Assembly: GCA_965112155.1 (NCBI GenBank)
Contig: OZ218098.1
DNA: 64,000 nucleotides
Reading direction: 5' to 3' (one strand)
DNA from: Podarcis liolepis
Taxonomy: Eukaryota
Shown: in pieces, positions 53,030-62,395 of the stretch
How positions within the stretch are numbered: the stretch's first letter is position 1
Layout of the letters: the number at the start of each line of letters is the position of its first letter
Notes under the pieces: model-generated
The model's database searches: none
Told to the model about the DNA's origin: nothing
Seen by the model: only the letters and a program-made list of their open reading frames with translations
Program-made: the position numbers and the translations under genes

Positions 53030-53990
53030 CACTGTGGCTGTGCGTGGATGCATAAATTGTGCTTGAATACTTCTGTTAGGGGAGAGTATTCTGTCCCCTT
53101 TGGTAGGGGTCACATCCTGCTCCTTCTGGGATAGATTGTCCCACCTTTGGTCCCCACCCTGCACTCAGCTCTCACCTGTGGCTCCTAGAACCTGTCAGCC
53201 TGAAACAGCAGCCATAACCTGGCAAAACCAGCAGTAAACAGCGTTTCCGTGCGCTCTGGCACCCATCATGGTGTTCCGTGTGCCAGAAGCAATTTAGTCA
53301 TGCTTGGCCACATGACCTGGAAAAGCTTTCTGCAGACAAATCGCCAGCTCCCTCAGCCTGAAAGTGGAGATGAGTGCCGTACTCCATAGTCAGATTCAAC
53401 TGGACTTAACTGTCCAGGGGTCCTTTACCTTTTAAACCAGGCTGGCTGAACCAGGTGAAGGTAGCTGATGGGTCTCAAACACTCAGTGAGTTAGGGACTT
53501 CCCCTGTATGCAAAGACAGGCTCTGGAGGATTGAGTGGAAGAGACCAGTAGTGGATCCAGTGGTCAAGAAGGCAGTTTCTGCACGTGCTATAGAGGGAAT
53601 TGAAGGGCAACCTGGAAATCTCAGATAAGGAAGACTCTGATCCTAAACTTCTGCTGCTTTGCAGGATATATTCAGGAGAACAAAAGGCTAAGGCGTAAAC
53701 TCTACACAAATCCAGCATGGCAACCCCAAGACTGTTGGATGGCGCCTTGTATGCCTCCTTCCAGAACTTCTGCGGCCAAGCTGGTGCCAAATGTATTGCT
53801 CTGTTTTCCTTTAAACCACATTGGCAAGGCCAAGAGGGGGATCTTGTCATCTGGGCAGCCCAGCACCTCCATACACACTGCCCATGCTTTCGCCCCAGGG
53901 TGGTCACTGAGGTGCTGCTAACACAGCAGTTTGATTTTACCTCCTGGAAGCATACTCCATTGTCTCTTGAGACAGATGGATGCTAACAGC
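53030..53990 (+). mobile_element. Probable non-autonomous RTE-clade retroposon, interrupted by a Sauria SINE fragment
   Basis: Higher-GC block ending ccattgtctcttgagacagatggatgctaac, which resembles squamate RTE 3' ends as I recall them; no RT ORF; boundaries approximate. Confidence 0.45.
53233..53432 (+). mobile_element. Sauria SINE (Squam1) 3' fragment
   Basis: gtaaacagcgtttccgtgcgct...ttagtcatgcttggccacatgacc...gggtcctttaccttt; aaaccag flanks both sides. Confidence 0.85.
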
Positions 53991-54284
53991 TCTTCTGTCC
54001 CAAATGTAATGTCTTGCACATTAACTATAGGACATCAGGTGATAAGGTCAGCCCAGGGACCATATCTGTTAAAGACACATTTCTTGATCCATTCCCAAAT
54101 GTATCTTGGACTCTATGGTCACTTGTGTCATAAAATATTGATTCATGACAATTTACCAAGAAAGCACATTGTCCTGCTTTCCAAGGCTGGCAATGGGGAA
54201 TTATAAAAATGAAAACAACTTTGAAGAGTTTTGGTGGGTATTTTTGCTACTCTAAATTACCATATGTTTCCTTTTCTCTTGCAG

Positions 54285-54440
54285 CAGCAGGATGGAGTTG
54301 AATAGCAACAATATGTTGACTAAGGAGCCAGAGTGAGTAGCACCGGAATTTTGATTGTTACCTGCCTGGACTATGAACTGAGACATTGGCGTGGACTTTT
54401 CAAACCTTTTCCAGTTGACTCCAGAGCTGGTTGAACAGCC
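54285..54440 (+). other. MGAT5: 5'UTR part of the first coding exon of MGAT5, with a tandem CAGCAGCAG splice acceptor and two uORFs
   Basis: Polypyrimidine tract tttccttttctcttgcag with AG at 54283-54284, further AGs at 54286-87 and 54289-90, and a branch-like ctctaaat near 54250-54257. uORFs at 54292-54336 and 54373-54381. Confidence 0.85.
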
Positions 54441-54681
54441 ATGGCATTTTTTACTCCATGGAAGTTGTCCTCTCAGAAACTTGGCTTTTTTCTGGTGACC
54501 TTTGGCTTCATTTGGGGAATGATGCTGCTGCATTTTACAATCCAACAGAAGACTCAGCACGAAAGCAGTTCGGTGCTTCGTGAACAAATACTGGACCTCA
54601 GCAAAAGATACATAAAAGCACTGGCGGAAGAGAATAGGAATGTGGTAGATGGACCATATGTTGGTACGATGACTGCGTATG
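54441..54681 (+). CDS. MGAT5: MGAT5 (alpha-1,6-mannosylglycoprotein 6-beta-N-acetylglucosaminyltransferase A, GnT-V), first coding exon (80 codons + 1 nt); gene continues beyond the window
   Basis: Translation MAFFTPWKLSSQKLGFFLVTFGFIWGMMLLHFTIQQKTQHESSSVLREQILDLSKRYIKALAEENRNVVDGPYVGTMTAY matches the recognisable vertebrate MGAT5 N-terminus (cytoplasmic tail, type II TM anchor, stem). Kozak context is gccATGG. The exon ends at a canonical phase-1 donor G|GTAAGT (GT at 54682-54683). Confidence 0.97.
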
Positions 54682-54849
54682 GTAAGTAGGCTTCCTAAAA
54701 CAATTAGACACTGTTCAGGGGCTGTTGTTGTAACAAGAATTATCTGGAGACAAAGTTCAATCCTTTCTAGTTCATCTCCAATGTCAGTTGACCCATTCAA
54801 GCACATTCTCTCATTGTTAGGGCCCCCCCCCAAAAAAGGATGCAAGGTT

Positions 54850-55130
54850 CTTCCCTATTTTATCCTTACAACATCAATATAAGGTAGTTTAGGCTGAGAG
54901 AGACTGGTCCAGGGTTATCCAGGTGAGCTTCTTGTGGCTGAGTCAGGATTTGAACCCTCAACCTCGGCCCTCAGATGTTTTGAGACTACAGTTCCCATCA
55001 TCCCTGACCACTGGTCCTGCTAGCTAGGGATCATGGGAGTTGTAGGCCAAAAAAATCTGAAGGGCCGAGGTAGAGGAAGCCTGATTTGAACCCATGTCAC
55101 CCTAGTTATCTGACACTTTTAGCTATGAAG
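54850..55130 (-). mobile_element. MIR-like/CORE SINE fragment interrupted by a hAT MITE
   Basis: ttttatccttacaac...aggctgagag...ggctgagtcaggatttgaaccc core; a related piece lies at ~49705-49810. Confidence 0.6.
54956..55083. mobile_element. Palindromic hAT MITE (left terminus shortened)
   Basis: Same family as 14913-15048; TSD ATTTGAAC (54948-54955, 55084-55091). Confidence 0.85.
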
Positions 55131-55300
55131 GATATATGATGGCATGAATGGGAATTAGATGATGGCAGGAAGACAGGTAAAGTGGGAGTCAGATTTAGAG
55201 AACTACAGGAAGAGAAAAAACACTGAGGTTTCTTTATCTGTCTTCAAATACTTGTTGAACCTTGTGGGCTTTTTATAGACATGTAACCATATGGTTAGTC

Positions 55301-55557
55301 CCGTTAGCCCTGCTCCTGCCAACCTAGCAGTTCAAAAGCACGCCAAAGTGCAAGCAGATAAATAGGTACCGCTCTGGCAGGAAGGTAAACGGCATTTCCG
55401 TGCGCTGCTCTGGTTCGCCAGAAGCGGCTTAGTCATGCTGGCCACATGACCCAGAAGCTGTATGCCGGCTCCCTCGGCCAATAAAGTGAGATGAACGCCC
55501 CAACCCCAGAGTCGATCACAACTGGACCTAATGGTCAGAGGTCCCTTTACCTTTACC
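55301..55557 (+). mobile_element. Sauria SINE (Squam1), 5'-truncated
   Basis: ccctgctcctgccaacctagcagttc...gataaataggtaccgct...ttagtcatgctggccacatgacc...(ACCTTT)n tail; 17-bp TSD TAACCATATGGTTAGTC / TAACCATCTGTTTAGTC (15/17). Confidence 0.92.
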
Positions 55558-56153
55558 TAACCATCTGTTTAGTCACTGTAAGAATAGAATGCCTGTATTC
55601 GTGAATTTTAGTTCTTATCCAAAAGGGCTGTCCTTACATTTTTATTGTTAAGAGAATGCTTTTAATATAATAAATTAAATTTGCTTCCCCCCCCAATGGT
55701 CTGATTCACCCTTTATGGCTTCAAGTATACACCTAAGATTTTCTGCTAAAATTATAATGCATCAGGCAAAATTAGGCGCACATTTGCATGTATCACTGAT
55801 ACACACACAAGAGAGGTAAAACTAACTGCAGCTCTCAGTTGGTTATACACTCAGTGGCACACCTGCTTTTACTGAAATGAAATACTGTATTTTTTGCACC
55901 ATAGGGCGCACCGGACCATAGGGCGCGCCTAGTTTTTAGACGGGGAAATCAATAAAAAAAGTTTTAGTTAAATAATTATTCTTTTTTTAAAGCCCTTCGT
56001 GTCTTCATGTACTTCAGTATAACTACTTACCTAATTGTCTCACTAATATCCATGTTCCTGCTGGAATATGTTTGCCCAGTGGTTTGCAGGTCAAAATAGT
56101 GTATCAAAATCAGTGGAGAGGTGTGGTAACCATAGTACTAAACCAAGTGCATT

Positions 56154-56750
56154 AGGGCTTGTAGCTCAGTGGTGGAGCATCTACTTTCATGCAGAAAGTC
56201 TCAGGTTTAATCTCTGACATCCCTGTTAGGATTCATTCCCCGTGTTGCAGTCATGGGATTGGTTTTATCACATGACGGTGTATGTTTTCATTCCACATTG
56301 TGGGAAGTGACGGAGACATCTTTTTATTACTGTGTTTCTGTGATGTAGGATTTTTGTCCTTTGTTCTTTTTCTTTGCTGTCTGATGCTGAAGAGGAAGGA
56401 GCTGAGTTATGATGCTCCAAGTGTACATATGTAAATAAACATAGTTTAGCCAAATTGCTGGGCTACTGAGTCTGAACACTGACTGCTTATACTCTGTTGA
56501 TCCTGAAGTGTGCTGATGCCTCTTGGTATCAGTCGCTGTGATGTTCGGGCTGGAGAAAGCTTTTGAATCTCCCAAACGCCTGACCAGAAGGGAGAGAACA
56601 TGCCAGTCGGGCATGTGTCTCTGCTGGACTCCTACTCATGTGTAGGACCTCCTGACAATCCCCAGGTAGGGCTGGAGAAACCCTGGAGAGTCATTGTCAG
56701 TCATTGTAGAAGGCTGGACTAGATAGTCCAATGGCAGCTTCCTATTCTTT
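56154..56750 (+). mobile_element. Squam3-type SINE split by a solo LTR
   Basis: Head gtagctcagtggtggagcatctactttcatgcagaaag (56161-) and body/tail caggtagggctggagaaaccctggagag...ggcagcttcctatt (56663-56750) rejoin once 56224-56662 is removed. Confidence 0.85.
56224..56657 (+). mobile_element. Solo LTR (434 bp), Ty3/Gypsy-like or ERV
   Basis: TG...CA termini with inverted ends TGTTAGGA / TCCTGACA; 5-bp TSD ATCCC (56219-56223, 56658-56662); internal AATAAA at 56434-56439. Confidence 0.85.
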
Positions 56751-57638
56751 ATGTTGAAGGTACCTCTTGTTCTAGATCTCAAAAAATGGGGAGGGACAGC
56801 TATTGTTGCATAGTAAGATTTTTTCCTAGAGCAAGATTAACCCTACAATTTCCCACTGTTTTGGAACAGAGTTATTTTTTGCTATGGCAAATAAGCCCTA
56901 ATTGCTAAGTATGCATTTCATATCCTCCCACCCATTGCCCCGCTCTGCCAATCCGTTCCTTATTTTAGTGACTCAAAGTGTCAACAATAGTGGCTATAAG
57001 GAATCAGGCTTTTATAACTACACAGCAAGAACTCCCCAACTTCTTTAAATGTCACTTTAGGTGGTTTAGGCAAAGAAACATCACCCACTTTGTGGTCGAA
57101 ATGTGGTGTTTCAGACGTTCTAAATTTTTTTTTTTTTTATTTCACAGGAAAAGTTTTTCAAAGCTAAGAAGTTGCATATTAATAGCTGGCAATGACCACA
57201 ATGAGCTCAGCCTTTTCCATTGGCTGAAAACCAAATACTAGCCTTCATTTTTGCCAGGGAGCAGCAGCTTCTCAAAAAGTTTCAGTTCCAAGACCTTTTT
57301 CTCTTACAGAAGATTTGGATGAATAGCAAATATCTGATAAAATGGCAGGCCAGCAGCTTGAAGGGCATTGTACTCGGGAGGGGAAGAGAGATTTTTCAGT
57401 TTGTCAGCCATATCTTGCTGCAGGGCACCTTTTTGACCTGGGATAGTCATTGTGATGTCCTCCATACATGGTTTAAAAGCCTGAATGTCTGGGGCTCAGG
57501 ATCTGCCGCTGAGGGTCTCCCTATGTATGCCAAAATCTAAAAGTCCGTGTTGATTGGGATACCTATGAGACCATAACTAGAGCAATGATAACCGCATAAG
57601 AAGAGCCCTTCAGGGTCTGGCCAAATGATCATCTAGTC

Positions 57639-57777
57639 CAGCCTTTCTCAACTTGTGGTTCCCCAGATGTTGTTGAACTACAACTCCCATCATCCCTAGC
57701 TAGCAAGGCCAGAGCTCAGGGATGATGGGAGGTTGTAGCCCAACAACATCTGGGGACCCACAGGTTGAGAACCGCTG
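57639..57777. mobile_element. Palindromic hAT MITE nested in a LINE 3' fragment
   Basis: Perfect 8-bp TSD ATCTAGTC (57631-57638, 57778-57785); long inverted arms. Confidence 0.9.
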
Positions 57778-58222
57778 ATCTAGTCCATCATTTCATTCTC
57801 ACAGTGGCCAACCAGATGCCATTGTGTGTGTGTGATTTAAGGTTGGTGAAAATGTTTCAATAGACCTTAACATTGCTGTGTTGAGCAAAATGTGGATGTA
57901 GTTAATATTGTCAAGTTGTAATACTTTAGCTGTATCTTGTGAATTGCCTTGCGGTACTCCTCAAACTGTACTTCACTCTTGGCCCCACCCTTACCTTTTC
58001 CTTTCTCCTTTTTTTCTGTTATTAACTATGTCTGTCCTTTCTTTTTCTCTCACCACCTCTTACTTCCCCCCCACACCTGTTGGTATTTCCTTTTTGTGTG
58101 TTTCTCATTTTCATTTTCATTTTTGTTCACTTTATTCTATCTTGTGTCACCTTGTGACTCCCAATCCACAATTTCATGGAAATTATGACAGTCAAATACC
58201 AACTCCAAATCAGAGGCTACAT

Positions 58223-58358
58223 CACTGATGGCCAAACTTGGCCCTCCAGCTGTTTTGGGACTACAACTCCCATCATCCCTAGCTAATAGGACCAGTGGTC
58301 AGGGATGATGGGAATTGTAGTCCCAAAACAGCTGGAGGGCCAAGTTTGGCCATCACTG
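58223..58358. mobile_element. 136-bp palindromic hAT MITE
   Basis: Perfect 8-bp TSD GGCTACAT (58215-58222, 58359-58366); near-perfect arms. Confidence 0.92.
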
Positions 58359-58901
58359 GGCTACATGCCATCCACCTCATCTTCAATTAGTTTTCCACCT
58401 TCCAGTTTGAACCTCAGACAGGTTAGGCTTAGGAATGTTCCATAACCCCCAAATCAACCGACATGCAAGATTTGTAGTTTTATATAACAGTACAGTCTGC
58501 AACAGAATCCATTTCCTTCACAGTACATAAGAACAATTCAGGAACCGGAGGAAGTAACACTGAATCATGTTTTATTTCTCCTCCCAACTGCATGGGAGAA
58601 ATGAGGTGGAAGTGCTTGAGCCAAATATTTTACTAAGACTTCTGCACATAATGTCAAATCATAGTTTAGCACCATGTGTAAATGAGGTCAGTGTTAAGGT
58701 GAACAATTATGCATTCATTTATGATGACAGCCAAAGCTGGTGGGCAAAGCAAAGTAAAACCTGTTCTAACTGTGTGTAAATCAACAAGCTTCTCTATTTG
58801 CAAGGGATGTTTATTTGCTTCTGTGCTTATAAGACTGAGTAAAGGCTGAGGCTACGTCTCACCTTTGTGCTACTACCAACCAACCTGGCAATTCATAATT
58901 A

Positions 58902-59465
58902 CCGTATTTTTTGCTCCATAACACTCACTTTTTTCCTCCTAGAAAGTACGGGGAAATGTATGTGTGTGTTATGGAGCGAATGCCTACGGATGGCGGGGGG
59001 GGTCCCCTTCCTTCTCTCCTCCGTGGCTCGCTTTGCTCGCTTTGAAACAGCAAAGCGGGAGAAGAGCCACTGAGTGGGGAGAAGAGAGGGACAGAGAGCC
59101 TGGTTACAAAGCACGGATCCACATGGATCCTCAGGATTTTTGCACTGGGTCATCCCAAATTCACCATCAGATCACATAGCATGTCCATGGCTACAGCTTG
59201 CACCAAAAAAATCACACACCCACTGTTGCCTGAGGCCGCAGTGGTGCAAAAACGTGGTTACAAAGCATGGATCCACATGGATCCTCAGGATTTTTGCATT
59301 GGGCTACCCCAAACTCACCGTCAGATCACATGTCTGTGGCCACAGCATGAACCACAAAAATCATACATCCACTGTTTCGTTTAGAATATTTTTTTTCTTG
59401 TTTTCCTCCTCTAAAAACTATGTGCGTGTTATGGTCGGGTGCGTGTTATAGAGCAAAAAATACGG
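58902..59465. mobile_element. Tc1/mariner (pogo/Tigger-like) non-autonomous element with an internal ~154-bp duplication
   Basis: TA | CCGTATTTTTTGCTCCATAACAC ... GTGTTATAGAGCAAAAAATACGG | TA (22/23). The block tggttacaaagca(c/t)ggatccacatggatcctcaggatttttgca starts at both 59101 and 59255. A related left-end fragment lies at ~55884-55960. Confidence 0.9.
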
Positions 59466-62259
59466 TAATTACTATAAATGCAATTGATTATAATAGTTTA
59501 TGTACTTTGGTTACCTCTTTGTAACTAGCACCATTATTTAAACATTTGTATGTCACTTCAATTGATAGGAACAAGGGGTTGCTCAAAGTATATTAGATAT
59601 AGGGGGAAGAAAAACAACAATAGCCCTTACTGATCTGTTAAAAAGAAACAAAACCAATGTTTTATGAACTGCAGTGACCAAATATTTTGATTGGTCAGAT
59701 GCAGAGTCCTATTCCTTGCGTATGCATTTCATATGGTAAGACAGAATTTGATCAATTTGTCTGGTTCGGAATGAGATGATTTTGACTATAGCAGAAGCAT
59801 GACTTTAGCTTCACTCACTTGGCACCTTCTCCTGGGATGATCTGACTGCCCTTTTGGGTTCCACTGTTTTATGATTCTGCTGCAAGGCAAATCCAGCTAA
59901 TGAAGCAGGAACATGTGTTCCTCTGTGTTTTGGGAAGAATAAAAACTTAATTCATTAAGTGGCTCAGACCAAAAGCCACTCAAAATCTTGGCATAGATGC
60001 TGCCCACAGATAAAAATAAGTTGTACCAGAAATGGGAAGCATGGCTTAACTTGTATGTGTTGTGTTTTATTTGTTTCATTTATTTATTTATTGAATTTAG
60101 AAACTTTCCACCACTCATCACTTTTCATTATTGACTACCAGGAGGTCTCTCCCCCTCCCCCCAATTCCTGTTTACCCAGGCATTTGATGGTTGAAAGATA
60201 CTGTTCCAGGCAACATTGAAATAATTGGTTGAGAGCATGTGATTGTTTTTATCTGTTTCTGGAATATTTTAATGATATTGATGTGTTTGCCACCCTGAGT
60301 TCCTTTGGCAGGAAGGGGTGGAATATAAACGCAATAAATAAATTTCAAAAATATTGTGGTGTACAAAAAGAAGTAAAATAAAATGCAAAGCAAAAGCTGT
60401 AAGACTATGTAAAACCCATTTGTAAAATTCCCAAGAGCAATACCTACCAATTCTACCCTGAAAAAGCCTAATTGGACAAAACAGTGCTGTATTTGTGTGA
60501 GCAGGCACACGTGCACAAATGCACACATGCACATAGAAACGTTTTATTCACAAACTACATGCAGGAGCTCTCTAAAGGCTTTTTCTGTACATAGTTGCTA
60601 CACTGGTCATAATCTTGTTTATATCACTGTGTTGATGTCCCGCATCTCTAATTTTAAGTGACATTGGCTCTGATAATCCAAATAGTGTCCCTGTTTTCCA
60701 TAAATCACATGCAAACCTTTTCACTGGAAAAAATACAGCCATTAGTAAACAAGGGAAGGTCTGTCAGCATAAGTACTTAATTGCATGGGAACCAAGCAAA
60801 ATTTACTGAACTGCCATATAACATCAGAGATGCATTCCTTTTGAAAGTGGACTCACTTTACATGACTTAATTCCACATGTAAACCACTACTGGCATATTT
60901 TAGGTTAGTTACACAGTCCTGAGAAAGTTACAGTAAACCTTCCTTGTCTTTTAAGGTGCCCCATGACTTTATCCAGAAAAAAATATAAGATATCATCCTC
61001 CACGATCCCCCTCCAATGTTCTAATGTTGCGTGAAATTCATTAGAGCCATGGGAATATAGTATTTATGCTGTTACTGTCATGTAAGAGGTGGATCCTAAG
61101 CTCTGAAGCAAGGTTTTTCTTCTCTGTGCAATCCCTTTTTTCATTTAAAAAAAAAGTCAGTGGTTGATTTCTATAAGGCAACAATCTCAGGGAAGGACTG
61201 TACAATGTGTGCTGTTACGTGATTACATCAGACTTTTTCTTTGTCTTTATGCAATGTACACTTTGAATCTTCTATTTTGAAGCATAAAACCAACATTGAG
61301 TACAGGGGTTTCTTAACCCTTTTACCTGTTTTTCTGCCTTTTGAGGGAAACAAGGTGTACTTATGGGGAGAATGTTGAAGGGGTGTGTGTGCATTTGTGG
61401 AAAGGTTAAGAAACTAACGTTAACGTTTTGCATAATGTGAATAAGAGTCTAGAAAAAAATAAGCATGGAACTACATGCAGTATGTGGAATTTCTCTAAGC
61501 AGAAGACTGGTAGTGATGGGAAGACTTGATAACTGGGCTCAAAACCCAGTTTCTTTTCCCCATATACTCAGCACCTGCCTCCCTCTTCCTACCACCAAAC
61601 TCTCTATTTTCCTTGGGGAGCAGCGTTAGGGGAATGAATGATGGAGAATAAATACCCCCCCTTCCTGGTACAATGTTATGGCTGCAAGCCAAACACAAGC
61701 AGTGCTGGGAAACAACATTTCCATGTGCTTCTTTTGTCTGGCATGCAGCCATAGCATCATACTGAGCATTAGACAGGAAAAGGGTACAGAAACCTTTCTC
61801 TGTTCTCTCGCTCTCATAGAAGTAAGTAAGTGGAGATATGGGAAGGAGGGGAAAGGAGGCAGGGTAAGAGGGCTGAAGGTCTCTGCTTAAGATTTAATCT
61901 GACTCAAAAGATCTCTCAGGCCTACAACAAGAGCATAATATTTGAGGTGAACATTTTGAGCCGAAAAATACCATCGCTAGTTCACAGTGTTTGTAGCATC
62001 TATTATTCATTGCAATTAAGGCAGTGTGGTAAGTTTTTAAGAAGTTTCCACATTATGGGTAGCACAGACAATAAAAGGTGTCCCAACCCTGGCTTGCTGT
62101 TCTCATCAAATACTAAGATATATTCAAATAAAATAATAAAATATATGTAGCTTTAGCACAATATTACGTAATTAAACACCAGCTATATAAGTGATCCTTT
62201 AACCATGCACCAAGAAAGCGTATATCCCAAGATATATTGAAAGTGATGAATCAGATCTG

Positions 62260-62395
62260 TCTTTGCTAACCTAGTGCCCTCCAGATATTTTGGACTCCAA
62301 CTGCAGTCAGTCTGAGCCAGCACAGCTGAGCTGGCTGCACCTGATGGGGGTTGTAGCCCAAAACATGTGGGTGACACCAGTCTGGCAAAGGCTGT
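62260..62395. mobile_element. Degenerate copy of the palindromic hAT MITE family (others at ~5195-5310, 15628-15760, 22325-22442, 37453-37580, 46475-46600)
   Basis: ccctccagatattttggactccaact...gttgtagcccaaaacat core. Confidence 0.65.

Noticed and set aside
54252-54845. 197-aa minus-strand ORF
   Set aside because: Antisense shadow of the MGAT5 exon; no recognisable homology or splice support.
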